A DNA stretch of 64,000 nt from Octopus sinensis (lineage: Eukaryota). Location: the NCBI RefSeq assembly GCF_006345805.1, contig NC_043003.1, forward strand, positions 23,498,001-23,562,000. Direction: 5' to 3'. Both the position numbers and the translations under genes were made by a program. The notes beneath the pieces are model-generated. The model was given only the letters and a program-made list of their open reading frames with translations, ran no database searches and was not told where the DNA came from. Below are positions 1 through 13,257 of this stretch, one piece after another. The first letter of the stretch is position 1. Each line of letters opens with the position of its first letter.

Positions 1-1167
1 CGAGAATACTTTATATGTTCCTACTAGAATGCTTTCTTCTATTCATAATGGCTATCGTAGCTGCGAGGATTTTAGAGTAACTGTGCATCATCTACATTTG
101 AAATAAATGTGCATCAGCATGGCTACAGCTCTAAGCTGAAACTAGAGAAAAATATATATCAGTCTTTTCTATATAGTTGCACATATGCCGTTTGCAAGTA
201 ACTGTTGGCAACATTACAACTAACACTTAAAGTATATGGAAGCTTTTATCATAAGATATTTTATTCCTTATTTTTAAGGTTCTCACTATTACTACACTTT
301 TGCACACAATATATCCCACCTTTGAAACCAATGTCATTTATTGCATGCTTGTTATATGGAGCAGTAATGTTGTAAAATGCTTCGTCAAACATAATCCTAA
401 TATACGGTTAGTAATTATGACTAAATTTATAACGATTACTGATGATAGTGTTAATATAACATTGATACACTACAAATTACACCTAGGTGTATTATCGAGG
501 CTACATTTACATGTAATAAAAATAGTGTTATATATACCCTATAAAAGTTTCATAAGTTGCTATCTAATATTATTATGATATCAAAAGCTGTATTTTGACG
601 AAACCCATCGTACCATTACATATTTTATGGACATTATGATGGACATACAAATGAATAATCCATTAACACAGTAAACGTGACTTCTACAGGGCTAAATATT
701 TTCGAAATAATTCTAAGATAACCTGTAAATGGTAGAATCAAAGGATAATATCATGATTATACGAAATAATTCCCGATTTTCACACTTAACGCTAAAAGGC
801 TTATCTTACAAGAACAAGTATTTTCTAGTATGCATAGTAATATTCAGTCTAAAATCCCTAAATTGAATATACAACCACAGAATTCAAAAGATTTTCAAGA
901 AGAGATTGAATAGTAAAACGAATAGAACTCCATTACAAAGAATGGTGCTCATTTACAAAGTTATAAAGTTGCTTCCTATCTATGATATGGAAGCCCTGAC
1001 GACCAGATAAACTTATATTTCCTAAAATCAGTGAAGGGCGTGTCAAATATTGATTTTTACCATTTTCCTTATCTAAATTTAAATGAATTTATTGAATTTT
1101 GGAGATGTCAAAATATAATGTCTGGAATTAATAATAAATAAAACATAGTTAATATGATATTTAATAA

Positions 1168-1380
1168 TGGTGTCAAATTTTGGCACAATGCCAGCAATTT
1201 CGGGGGAGAGGCTAAATCGATAACTTCATCCTCAGTGATCAGCTGGTATATATTTTATTGGCACTGGGAGGATGAAAGGCAAAGCCGAACCCTATGGCAT
1301 TTGAACGTAGAGCATGACAACTGAAGAAATGCAGCTAAGCATATTTTCCGTCGCAGTAACAATTCAGGCAGCTTGGAGCC
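1168..1380 (-). mobile_element. Degenerate tRNA-derived SINE (family A, short-tail subtype)
   Basis: Reverse complement resembles the family A head and body (GATGAAAGGCAAAG, CATTTGAAC) and the TTGTGCCAAAATTTGACACC tail; heavily diverged. Confidence 0.65.
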
Positions 1381-1427
1381 TTGAAATAATAATACTAATA
1401 CTACTACTAATAATAATAATCAGTATT

Positions 1428-1646
1428 TTTAGTAATTCAAATTTTTGCCACAAGAACAGCTTCAAGGAGATGTGGATGAGTCTATAACATCGACCCCAGT
1501 GTTCAACAGGTGCTTATTTTATTGAGTCCGAAAGCATGAAAGGTAAAGTGAACCTCGGCGGAATTTGAACTCAGAATGTAGCAACAGGCGAAATACCACT
1601 AAGCATTTCCTCCAGCGTGCTAACGACTCTGACTGCTCACCGCCTT
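1428..1646 (-). mobile_element. tRNA-derived SINE (family A, short-tail subtype)
   Basis: Minus strand reads GGCGGTGAGCAGTCAGAGTCGTTAGCACG...CTGAGTTCAAATTCCGCCGAGGTTCAC with a B-box-like GTTCAAATTCC; matches the intact copies at 11566 and 26581. Confidence 0.85.
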
Positions 1647-1659
1647 AATAATAATAATG

Positions 1660-1735
<76 letters not shown>

Positions 1736-1758
1736 TAATAATAATAATAATAATAATG

Positions 1759-1800
<42 letters not shown>

Positions 1801-1836
1801 TAATAATATTAATAATAATAATGATAATAATAATAA
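1646..1836. repeat. (AAT)n microsatellite, first tract of a long interrupted (AAT)n array extending to about 4970
   Basis: Direct reading. Confidence 0.98.
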
Positions 1837-2392
1837 ATGCCCTGATGCAGCACCAGGCAGTGGCTCTATTGGCTTCTGATCTTAACTAACTAGAAGTATT
1901 ATCATGTACATTGTTTTGTTTTGGTGTAAAAGATTCGCTACAGTAAATATTTTGCTCAATACCACAGATTTGCTTGTCAGTTATTTGACCTTAACCAGTT
2001 GATTATGTTCCTTAGTGGCTGACGATATGTACATCTCTGATCATGAGCAGAAGTAGTGGGGGAGCATCATAGCCATGTGTTTAAAGGAATTCTTAGAGAT
2101 TTGGATAATTCACCTTTGGAAATGTGGGTGGTTCGTTCAACATCCTTAAACAATCTTTATCCAGGGTCCTTTTGAGCGGGATGGGCTACTCGACCAGAAG
2201 AAAATTCCAACTGGGCCCCACCTGCATGGTCATGCGCTGTTTATCTTGATATGAGATCACCATGTTTCGCACATATGTTTGTGGTGCATGTGCCTGGTGT
2301 ACCCTTATCAGACGTATGGTCATGATGGGTATACTGAGCTTCGTATATTTTACCCTAGTGTCACTTCGATGATATGCACTGCTCTTTCATTC
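1837..2392 (-). mobile_element. Non-coding retroposon segment (LINE 3' UTR or SINE) with (TTA)n tail, embedded in the AAT tract
   Basis: Flanked on both sides by (AAT)n; a second, shorter copy at 4970-5133 shares the same terminus (ATGCCCTGATG on +). Confidence 0.7.
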
Positions 2393-2404
2393 AATAATAA
2401 TAAC

Positions 2405-2453
<49 letters not shown>

Positions 2454-2492
2454 TTAATAATAATAATAATAGTAATAATAATAATAATAATA

Positions 2493-3360
2493 AGCAAACC
2501 CATCAGTGGCTACGGAGCTCAGGGCTAAAAGCAGAGAGCGAAGGTTTCATCCTGGCTGCTCAAGATCAAATCCTATTAACCCGGAACTACCAGGCCAATG
2601 TGATGAAAAATGGAACAGACCCAAAATGCCGATTCTGCAACGACATGATTGAAACAGTGGACCACCTAATCTCTGGATGTAAAGTCTTAACACCAGTGGA
2701 GTATAAATTAAGACATGACAGAGTTGGCCAATATCTACACTGGCTAATAAGTCGGCATTACAATATCAAAACTGCCGACAAGTGGTATAAGCACCACCCT
2801 GAAGCTGTAACTGAAGGAGAAAATGTAACTATTCTGTGGGACCTTCCAGTACATACAGACCGAACCATCAAAGCCAATAAACCAGATATTGTTGTGAAAG
2901 ACCAAAACAATAAAGTTTGCTTATTGATCGACATGAGCATCCCCTGTGATCATAATATCTCGGCGAAAGAGTTTGACAAGCTCAGAAAATATATAGACCT
3001 GCTCATTGAAATTGAGAAAATGTGGCATCTCAAGGCGGTTACAATACCAGTGATCGTAGGAGCACTAGGAATGATCAAGAAGGGGACCGAAAATTATATG
3101 AGAATGATCCCTGGCTTACCATCTCTGCAAGAAGTGCAAAAGATTGTCTTAACTGGTAAATCACACGTATTGAGAAGAGCATTGTCGATATGAGAACTAT
3201 TACTAACCATGTATTTTAATTTAACTTTTTAAAAAAATGAACGAACTAGTGAGTTTAGTTTAATGGCCTACCAACGTATACTATGAGTTTCTTTGCCCTA
3301 GGAGTCGGGAAGACAATCGGCAAGATATGGAAGCAAATTTGAAAGAAGAAGAAAAGAAAG
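2493..3360 (+). mobile_element. 5'-truncated R4/Dong-like non-LTR retrotransposon: RLE C-terminal region plus 3' UTR
   Basis: Open frame 2493-3193 encodes a CCHC knuckle (CRFC..ETVDHLISGC), RHD motif and PD-(D/E)xK endonuclease (KPDIVV..LIDMSIP..KY), ending HVLRRALSI*; flanked by (AAT)n. The upstream part of ORF 2279..3193 is read-through of another repeat and poly-Asn. Confidence 0.92.
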
Positions 3361-3395
3361 ATAATAATGATAATATAATAATAATAATAATAATA

Positions 3396-3427
<32 letters not shown>

Positions 3428-3430
<3 letters not shown>

Positions 3431-3785
3431 TTGAAGAGAATGGACAAATCCCAAAATGGGAAAATTGAAGAAATGGTGCTCATGCGAAAAATATTGTCGT
3501 TGTAATCACCAAACAATGTCAAAATAATTGTAAATGTACATAAGAGCAAATATATTTTACTGTCATCTTAACATCACACTGTCATCTTATAATCAAACTA
3601 CTTTTAAAACAAACTTCTAATTCACTTACGTGATGACAGACATTCTCTAGAACTATAAATTGTAAAACCAAATATAAAACCTTAGTCATAACAACGACTT
3701 GAACTTCTAAATTGTTGTTTCATGAAGTCACCGGGTGAGACTTGGAGTCAACATGTACAAATACAAAGCAACAGATAAACATGCA
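3428..3785 (+). mobile_element. Extreme 3' end of a Dong-like RLE retrotransposon (second family, decayed)
   Basis: Encodes ..EEMVLMRKILSL*, homologous to KIVLMGTAHILRKILSM* at 4081-4134; 3' UTR shares GGGTGAGACTTGGA..CAAC.TGTACAAATA.AAAGCAA with the 3931 copy. Confidence 0.7.
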
Positions 3786-3857
3786 ATAATAATAGTGATG
3801 ATGATGAGGAGGAGGAGGGGGAGGATAATAATAATGATAATAATAATAATGATAATA

Positions 3858-3930
<73 letters not shown>

Positions 3931-3932
<2 letters not shown>

Positions 3933-4346
3933 TAAAGATCTTGAAATAGAAATCAGCAAAATGTGGAAGCTGAAGACTAAAACAATACCTGTTGTCATAG
4001 GTGCCCTGGGAATGATAGCAAAAGGGGCTGATAGCTACCTAACTCAGATACCAGGAAACCCCAAAATGGCAGAAGTTCAAAAGATAGTGCTCATGGGAAC
4101 TGCTCATATCCTACGCAAAATACTCTCTATGTAATCTCAAGGTTTAAAACAAACATAATTTTCGGTTCAAAAAAAAAAAAAAAACAACTTTTTTTTAAGA
4201 CATTCATTAGTACAACATCCACACCCCCCAAATATATGGCACACTAGGCATAACAACAACATGAACTTCCAACGCTGTTGTCTCTTGAGGTCTCTGGGTG
4301 AGACTTGGAACCAACTTGTACAAATATAAAGCAAAAGTCAAACATA

Positions 4347-4347
<1 letters not shown>
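3931..4347 (+). mobile_element. 5'-truncated Dong-like RLE retrotransposon 3' end
   Basis: 3931-4134 encodes YKDLEIEISKMWKLKTKTIPVVIGALGMIAKGADSYLTQIPGNPKMAEVQKIVLMGTAHILRKILSM*, aligning with the end of the 2493 ORF; (AAT)n on both sides. Confidence 0.9.
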
Positions 4348-4409
<62 letters not shown>

Positions 4410-4410
<1 letters not shown>

Positions 4411-4620
4411 GTACATCACACGTATTGAGAAGAGCATTGTCGATGTGAGAACTGTTGCTGCTCAAGTATTTTAATTTAACTTTAAAAAAATTAAAAAAAT
4501 GAACGAACTATTGAGTTTGGTTTAATGGCCTACCAATGTATACTATGAGTTTCTTTGCCCTAGGAGTCGGGAAGACACTCGGCAAGAAATGGAAGCAAAT
4601 TTGAAAGAAGAAAAAAAAAT
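4410..4620 (+). mobile_element. Very short 3' copy of the 2493-3360 family
   Basis: Encodes TSHVLRRALSM* followed by a 3' UTR nearly identical to 3194-3360 (GAGTTTCTTTGCCCTAGGAGTCGGGAAGAC). Confidence 0.9.
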
Positions 4621-4642
4621 AGTAATAATAATAATAATAGTA

Positions 4643-4700
<58 letters not shown>

Positions 4701-4701
<1 letters not shown>

Positions 4702-4941
4702 TGTAGCCGATGAAAACGGTGGTATTGGTACCAATTGTTCGAGCCCTAGGAACTGTGAGTAAAAATCTTGTGAATTACAGGGAACAAATAGGGGCTGCAA
4801 AATGGGTGGAGCACTTGCAGAAAACAGGAAACGCTCGAATACTCCGAATGGTGATCGAAAAATAAGGGGTGTTACCTTAGTTCACTAGTAGTGAACAGCT
4901 GGCACCGTAGTACATCTCCAGCGTTAGAAGCTGTGCAAAGG
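4701..4941 (+). mobile_element. 3' end of another RLE retrotransposon family
   Basis: Encodes VVLVPIVRALGTVSKNLVNYREQIGAAKWVEHLQKTGNARILRMVIEK*; 3' UTR nearly identical to the minus-strand copy at 29478-29560. Confidence 0.8.
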
Positions 4942-4969
4942 TAATAAATAATAATCATAATAATAATAA

Positions 4970-5133
4970 ATGCCCTGATGTAGTACCAGGTAGTAGCTTT
5001 CAGGGCTTCAATTCTTAAATGATTAGAAGTGTTATGTACATTGTTTTGTCTTGGTATAAAAGATAGGCTGCAGCAAATATTCTGCTGAATACCACAGATT
5101 TGCTTGTCAGTTGTTTGACCTTAACCGGTTGAG
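4970..5133 (-). mobile_element. Truncated copy of the 1837-2392 element
   Basis: Aligns with 1837-2002 (ATACCACAGATTTGCTTGTCAGTT.TTTGACCTTAACC.GTTGA). Confidence 0.85.
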
Positions 5134-6635
5134 TTTTAATAATAACCATAGCGTTGTTTCAGTAATACAATAATGTTTCTAATTTTACATGATATATTAG
5201 GGTTTTAAGCTTCTCATAACCTGGCAAAACAGTTCATTTTCTTATATGTGTTAAAATAATCTGTAACCTTCTATATGAGCCTTTTCCTAATTTTAGAAAA
5301 AAGATCGAACTTGTGAATTCTCGTAGTCTTTTCCATTAGCTAAGGTATTTTTTAAATACCAACTGGCTAAAATAGTTTATTTTGCACCTATTGGACACAG
5401 GATACTCTATAATCTAACTGGAAAAAAGAAACTTTCACATGATCAATGTTACGAAAACTTCATTAACAACAGACATCCCTTTTTGCACTTTTTTTCACAT
5501 AAAATACTGAAGAGATAACAGTATCATATATATTTTGTATTTACATATTTTCGTTATCATCTGTGTTTCTATGGGAGATAGATGAAGATATCACGTATCT
5601 TGTGCAAAGAATCAATACAAAAAATCTATACCATATTTTGCGAGGATTTTTGCTTGCAATGAAATGTTGAAGTGTAACATAGTTCAATATATTATGAATA
5701 TTTGTGGCATATATTGTTATCGTGTTAGTTCACGATATCCATAGAGTAAAAAGCAACATGAAATTCGCAGTAACGACAAACTTTTCTGTTGTATAGTGAG
5801 TATTTTGTAAATACTCAAAGCACAGAGGTTCATTCATACATATATAAATAAACACCTGCAAATATACGCACACACACAAAACACTTGTATTACATATATA
5901 AATAAATGAGTTTGTATGTGTGTGTATATATGAAAAGGGTGAATTGCCACATATATTTGCGTAGTGGCGAGTTGGATTGTCTCATTCATTTCAGTTGTTA
6001 ATTCTCTGATTTGAAGCCCACGGAAATCATCTTAGAGTCCCATTAATGAGCGTTCGATTACAGCAATGTCAGTTAGTAGTGGTCGCGATTGATCAAGTTC
6101 TGTTTCTCTTCATTACGGTGTCTTTTCATTTTCACTGAAATAAATTAGCTGTGAACAGATCTTGAGACGAAAGAACGAATGGTATCCGCAGGTTTAGTTG
6201 CCAGAGAAAATGCTTGTTTGGACGTTTACGACGGCGCTCCAAAGATTCCATTAGAATATGAAGTCTTAGACGAAGCAAGCATTACAGGCGCCCACCCACC
6301 CACACACACGCACACACACACAAACACTCATGTAAATATATATGTATTTGTATATATATTTATTTATATATATATATATACCTGAATGTGCGTATACATT
6401 TACATAATCATACTTTTCTACGTACACACACACATACACACACATATACATAAATATATTAATGTATCTGTTTATGTATTCACAAACACACAAACACACA
6501 CATACACACACATCACATGCACACACGCAAACACACACATACATATGTAGTTCATATTTACAGAAAACAAAGCACAAAAACAACAAGCAGGTGTAAGAGT
6601 TTTTCACGCTCAGGAAGAATGGAAATGTCTTCGAC

Positions 6636-6678
<43 letters not shown>

Positions 6679-6849
6679 AGTGTGTGTGTGTGTGTGTGTG
6701 CGCGCGCGTTTGTGTGTAGGAAAACACGAAAAGATGTAAAAAAGGAAGGGGTGATACACTTAGTGCATTCAGACTAAGTAATATAATAACCTACATTCTC
6801 AGGTCATTCTTAACACAATGTTGGTCTAAGACATACCCTTCATCAGTCG

Positions 6850-6945
6850 CACCAAGACCGCTATTAGAACATTGAATTTGGCTTTGTCTGCAATAGCAGC
6901 TCTTGCAGAAAACGCCAAGTTCAATATTCTAATAGCGGACTCGGT
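6850..6945. other. Long imperfect hairpin (pre-miRNA-like or repeat-derived)
   Basis: CCGCTATTAGAACATTGAATTTGGC (6858-6882) pairs with GCCAAGTTCAATATTCTAATAGCGG (6914-6938); inner TCTGCAA/TTGCAGA stem with a 9-nt loop. Confidence 0.75.
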
Positions 6946-7104
6946 GAGAGTGATGAGGAATGTGTCCTGCATGTGCGACTCTATGGAATTACAAAGACAC
7001 CATACATTTCATCAACTGTATACTGTTCTCTGGCTACAACTAAAGGGACGGTATTAGAGAATACAAAGTTTTAAAAAATAACGGCCCCGAAATGTAACAC
7101 TGTA

Positions 7105-7161
<57 letters not shown>

Positions 7162-7314
7162 TTATATATATATGTATATATAGATATATATAGATACATA
7201 GATATACACATACATACACATGTACATATATATATGTGTGTATATTTGTATGTATTTAAATATATATATGCATGTATATATGTACATAGATACATAGATA
7301 TATATAGATATATA

Positions 7315-7535
7315 CTGGTGGGGATATCCGGTGTTGTTATTTGACATAAGTAACGCTAATGTTTGACTTCTAAGAATAAATATGGGCTAACTCCACATAT
7401 ATACATTATATCGTACTAATTTTAAATAAAATCCTTAGTTTATACTAGGGCTTCCCTTGAAATTACTTTGTCTTATTTAGAAGCCACAAACTAGCGTTAC
7501 TTATGTCAAATAACAACACCAGATATCACCACCAG
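7315..7535. mobile_element. MITE with about 60-bp terminal inverted repeats, next to TA-rich sequence
   Basis: CTGGTGGGGATATCCGGTGTTGTTATTTGACATAAGTAACGCTA is inverted at 7492-7535 (TAGCGTTACTTATGTCAAATAACAACACCAGATATCACCACCAG). Confidence 0.8.
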
Positions 7536-7955
7536 ATATAAATCCTTTGGCCAATACCGCCGGTCAATTAGCCACTGTCCCCATTTACCACCATGAACAT
7601 CGAATGAAGCAATCTACTGATACGTGGAAATATACAAGTCACTAAAATGTGAGACTTTTGCGTTAACGAACTCCTTTTTTCCTTTTTCTCTTTCTTTTTT
7701 TCTTTCTCTTTGTCTTTTCTTTTGCATATAATCGTTCTGAAGGTGTTTATTAAATGTAACAAGTTAAATGTAAATTTACTCCATTTACATAAATAGAAAT
7801 AGCTGTAAACAGTCTCCTAATTAAATTAAACGATGACTTTAAAACACCAATGGTCTACTTCTCATTGTTAATTATCGTTCCATTTCTTATCGTCTCTCTC
7901 TCTCTCTCTTTCTCTCCCTCTCTTTCTTTCTCTCTCTCTCTCTTTCTTTCTCTCT

Positions 7956-8009
<54 letters not shown>

Positions 8010-8029
8010 CTGTGTGTGTGTGTGTGTAT

Positions 8030-8288
8030 GGTGGCGCGTGGCTTAGTGGTTAGAGTGTCAGCATCATGATCGTAAGATTGTGGTTTCGATTCCTGGACCG
8101 GGCGACGCGTTGTGTTCTTGAGCAAAACACTTCATTTCACGTTGCTCCAGTCCACTCAGCTGGCAAAAATGAGTAACGCTGCGATGGACTGGCGTTCCGT
8201 CCAGCTGGGGCACACATACGCCATAGAAACCGGGGAAACCGGGCCCACGAGCCTGGCTAGGCCTTAAAAGGGCGCATTTATTATTTAT
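8030..8288 (+). mobile_element. tRNA-derived SINE (family D; CORE-like and V-like domains, OR2-like)
   Basis: A box TGGCTTAGTGG, B box GGTTTCGATTCC, CORE-like TTGAGCAAAACACTT..CAGCTGGCAAAAATGAGTA, V-domain-like GCGATGGACTGGCG..CCGTCCAG, (TTTA)n tail. The OR2 name is from memory. Confidence 0.85.
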
Positions 8289-8770
8289 TATATATAGAGA
8301 AGCGCAGAAGCAGCATAGATGTGTGTGTGCGCGCGCGTCTGCATGTGTGCCTGTGCATACGTGTTCATGCAGAGCGCTTCATATTTATTCATATAAAAGT
8401 ATTTATGAGTAGCCTTGTATGTTCCTTGATGTAAACGAATACGTAACACAGCAATGTAAACAAGTGTAAGTCTGTAAAAACAAAAATCAAAGACAAAATA
8501 CAAACTGTTTTGAAAACTATTGAATAAATAAACATACATCTAAATAAATATGTATTTATGCATCATTTTTTAAACTTTTATACAAATTCGTGGAATATAT
8601 GTATATCTGAATATATTTACTCATCTCTGCATCGTGAAACACATAATTACTTTGAGATATATCAATACTTACACCCGATACATACATACGTAATACATAC
8701 ATACATACATACATACATACATACATACATACATACATACATACATACATACATACATAATACACACACA

Positions 8771-8824
<54 letters not shown>

Positions 8825-9897
8825 ATAAAAATCTCTGAAGCAGCACTAGGCGACTTCTTTGATCAAGGGTAAACTCTTGCTAGCTAAACAGATAAAGTCA
8901 AATCGAAACACTTCAAAGATGGCTCGTGCAGATTCTCTTCTGCACCGATTTGGCAGCAAAATATAAATGTTGCCAAATGCAAAGTATAAAAGATTTTTCA
9001 TAGGCAACTACCGTACAACTTATTAAAAATCCCGATACTTCCACACAACATTTCTACAAACTTGTTTCGATAATCTGAATGGTGCAGGATCTCATCGATT
9101 ACATAGGCGAAAGAGACACAAAACGATTCCTAGGACTGCATGGCTGTCCAGGTTTACTAATTTGCACTGCTAGATTTATTCGTCCCCAGAGAATATTATG
9201 CCAAAGATATTTAGACGCTGAAAGACAACCATAAACATGTGAAGTAATTATTCAGCGTGTGACAGACAAACACATACAAGCATACATACATAGAGATACG
9301 CGTGCACACATATCTCACACCGGTCGCTCAACATAGTAATGGATTTCGGAAACACTGCCTCTCCCTGGGATGTCTCTCGCATAGATTTTGAAGGATCATG
9401 AGGAACATTAACGATATCAGTCTCCCTGGACTAGGTTTTACTGTGAAAACAAGAAACATTATTTCTTCCATAAGAAAAATCAAGAGAAATATTTCCTTTT
9501 CATACCCTCTGCCAACAAGATAGTGTTGCAAACGAAAAAGAAAATCAGAAACATATACGAGAATTTTAAATTTTAAGAGATCCTAGGACATTTGTTGGAG
9601 AAGGCGATCAAAAGATGCTGCAACAATCTTCTATGCAGCTTGCAATGTTTTAGAACAAATCGTTTTCAATTCGTGTTCTTCTTGCCCTCATGTCCCTATG
9701 AAGAGTGGTTTGCGTAAATGTATCCGGGAGAAGAGTCACCTCTTAACAAAGTCACTTACTGATAAGATCTTATCTTTATTTCATAAATATTATAGAATAG
9801 ATTTTGATGTACTGGGATGGATGGTCGTTTCGTTGTATGTCATCAACAGTAATAAAACTGATGCAGTCAAGGCATTGTATGTATATGTATATATATA

Positions 9898-10288
<391 letters not shown>

Positions 10289-11565
10289 AATGCGTAATAT
10301 CAAAATGAATTGACTGATTTGTTTGAGACGTGCGACAAAATTCCTTGCATAATCTTTCCTGACTGTTTTCGCCGTGAGTTAAATTCTCGCCGAAGTCAAC
10401 TTTTAATGTCATCACTCCGTAGTGATGATGAATCTGTGGACATTTAACGACGGCGGAGAGGATGCCTTACGGTAGTTTTGTGGCTCTTTGCATTCTGAAT
10501 TCAAATCCCGAGATTCAAATCCGCTTATTTGGGCGGTAGGCTTTACATGTTGTCCATTTTACATCCTCAACCCGATACTTGGGGTACCTTCAGCAGCATG
10601 CACACTGTTTTAATCATTCTGTCCGGACCTCGTGCTTGAGGATTCCTTCTTCCTTGTCTCTAACCTGTTTTGGGCACCCTGTACAATGTCAAGACCCTTG
10701 CTTCTCGATTTATAATAACATAATTTTTAGTCGTTATCAAAGGAAATTTTGTAAGTCTCTTTGAATGCAAGAAATTGTAGTTTGTATGCACAATATATAA
10801 AGGATAAGATAACGATTTCGCACTGTGTTCTACTAATTGATCGACGTGTAATATATACATTACACGTTACGTACAATCTGTTGGGAGAATACAATGAATA
10901 ATTAATTACACTGCCAATTGCAATTAAGCAACTCGTCTGTGACTCTCGAATATGGAAATGACTCGAATGAATAGGGCAATAATTTCAATAAATCTCGTAA
11001 TTTTGATAGACAAATCATTTAATGGTTTTGGAAATAAATTAACGGAGCCTTCAATAAAGTTACGAATAAACTGATGCTAATTGAATTATGCATTCTTACC
11101 AGTGATTACATTATAGATATATTTAGTATAAGAACGCAATTATTCAGTACATGCAAACTTGAAAAGGTGATATTTGTGCGTACAGGTGAAGTATTAGTGA
11201 GTAAAGTGAAGTTCCAGAAGCAAGTTACATTCATAGAAAATCATTACGTTTATTTGAAGATACAGAGTTGAGTAGAATGAGCAGTTATGCTCAAATTACA
11301 CACTTAGATATGTGTGCACGCGTATCTCTATGTATGTATGTTTGTATGTATGTATGCTTGTATGTGTTTGTCTGTCTTCTGTCTGTCTGTTTATCTGTTT
11401 TTCTTTCTATCTACATATATACACACACATATACCTATCTATCTGTCTACCCATCTATCTACTTATATATACACTCACACATATACCTATGGGTACATCT
11501 CTCTCTCTCTCTTTCTCTCTGTATTGTGTGCGCATGTCCCTGTATAGGTTTGTACACCTATATAA

Positions 11566-11794
11566 GGCGGTGAGTTGGCAGAATTGTTAGCACGCCGGGC
11601 AACATGCTTAACACTATTTCGTCTGCCGCTACGTTCTGAGTTCAAATTCCGCCGAGGTCAACATTGACTTCCATCCTTTCGGGTCGATTATATAGGTACC
11701 AGTTACGCACTGGGGTTGATATAATCGACTTAATCCGTTTGTCTGTCCTTGTTTGTCCCCTCTGTGTGTAGCCCATTGTGGGCAGTAAAGAAAT
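11566..11794 (+). mobile_element. tRNA-derived SINE (family A, long-tail subtype)
   Basis: GGCGGTGAGTTGGCAGAATTGTTAGC head, B box GTTCAAATTCC, tail ending GTAAAGAAATA. Confidence 0.92.
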
Positions 11795-13084
11795 ATGTAT
11801 ACGTGTGTACACACTTTGCATTATTGTATACCACATGCATTGGAACACAGATCGATATAACATATATATCTTGGGATATTCACGCAACATTAATAGTCTC
11901 ACTCTATCAGATGTATTTTGAACGCAGTCCATAATGTGAAGATCCTTGTCATCAGAAATACACTACGGTTTCATTTCCAGGTCCTGTAAACCACCATACC
12001 ACATAGTGAAACAAAAGTACATGGAAATATGTGAAAAGTCAAAGCTTTAATGTAATATCTACTTGAAAGCCTAAATGAAGGCTTAACAACTGGATATAAA
12101 CACGAGATATTATATCTCAGCATATTTCGTTTTGAACCTCACCTTTCTTTCATTTCATTGGGTGGTAATGGGCTAAAGAAAGATAACTTTAACTGACTTT
12201 CGGTAGCGTTATAATGTTGACAGATAATCTACTGTTCAATACTGAATAGAAAATATTCTTACTTTGCAAAGGTGACTGAAACCTTCTGAAAATATAATGA
12301 TTTGGTTCTTGGAGTGATTCATTAACACATACCACTGCTTCATAATTAACTAAGATACAATATCTATTCTTTGATATATAACTGTGTTACAATCTAGAAT
12401 TGTCTCAGACAGATACGCAAATAAATAAACAACCTTCTACACACTATGATACACATATGATGTTCAGTCGACACTATTTTTCTCATACATAAAGGAAGAA
12501 TAGAACATACCTGTAAGAGAAAATATATGCCTAATGAAAATAATATGATCGCCGAAGTGAATTTCTTTCGTATATCATTATGTTTTTGTGTGCCTGCTTG
12601 TAATTTAGAGATTATGCTGCGAATCAGTGTTTACCATTGTACATAATGTCAAAGAGTGAAAGACTGTAAACATAATTAGAATTTAAATTTAAAAAATGTG
12701 TTATTTTAGAAAATAGTATAATGAATACAAAATTTTCGTCATATAATTATTTATTAAATTGAAATAAAATTCAATAAAACATTTCAAATCAACAGTATAC
12801 TTGCAATTAATGTGTTATCAACAACAACAACAACCACAGCAATACAATACAATAATTCCTGTGAATTAGAGATTTAACATTTCAGGATATTATTTAAAGC
12901 GACAAAAGTATTTTTTTTCTAAGCATTGATGATAAAATATTAGTTACAATTCAGTAATGAATAGAGATCTTTTCAACACTATCGCAGTCAACTTACTGAC
13001 ATCGCTTCGTTACTAATAACATGACGTACACAGACTTATTTATTTAGGTATCTCTGAACGCATACACAAACACAAATACACACA

Positions 13085-13143
<59 letters not shown>

Positions 13144-13189
13144 TTATACATATATGCATGCATATATACATATATATGTCTTTCTGTGT

Positions 13190-13252
<63 letters not shown>

Positions 13253-13257
<5 letters not shown>

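Noticed and set aside
572-625. Hammerhead-like hairpin TCAAAA-gctgta-TTTTGA followed by CGAAAC..GTA
   Set aside because: No CUGANGA or 3:8-compensated core and no stem I; at best a very decayed remnant.
2279-2492. N-terminal part of the 304-aa ORF
   Set aside because: Read-through of an unrelated repeat and poly-Asn microsatellite; not part of the RLE protein.
6179-6290. Short non-repetitive ORF (MVSAGLVARENACLDVYDG...)
   Set aside because: No recognisable motif or splice context; runs into a (CA)n tract.
6810-6850. CTGATGA on minus beside the hairpin
   Set aside because: Downstream GAAAC is missing (CCAAC) and stems do not close; noted only as a caveat for the hairpin.
9328-9700. Minus-strand RLQHYLVGRGYEKEI, resembling the Penelope RT C-terminal RGY motif
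   Set aside because: A single short motif with no supporting RT motifs that I could read.
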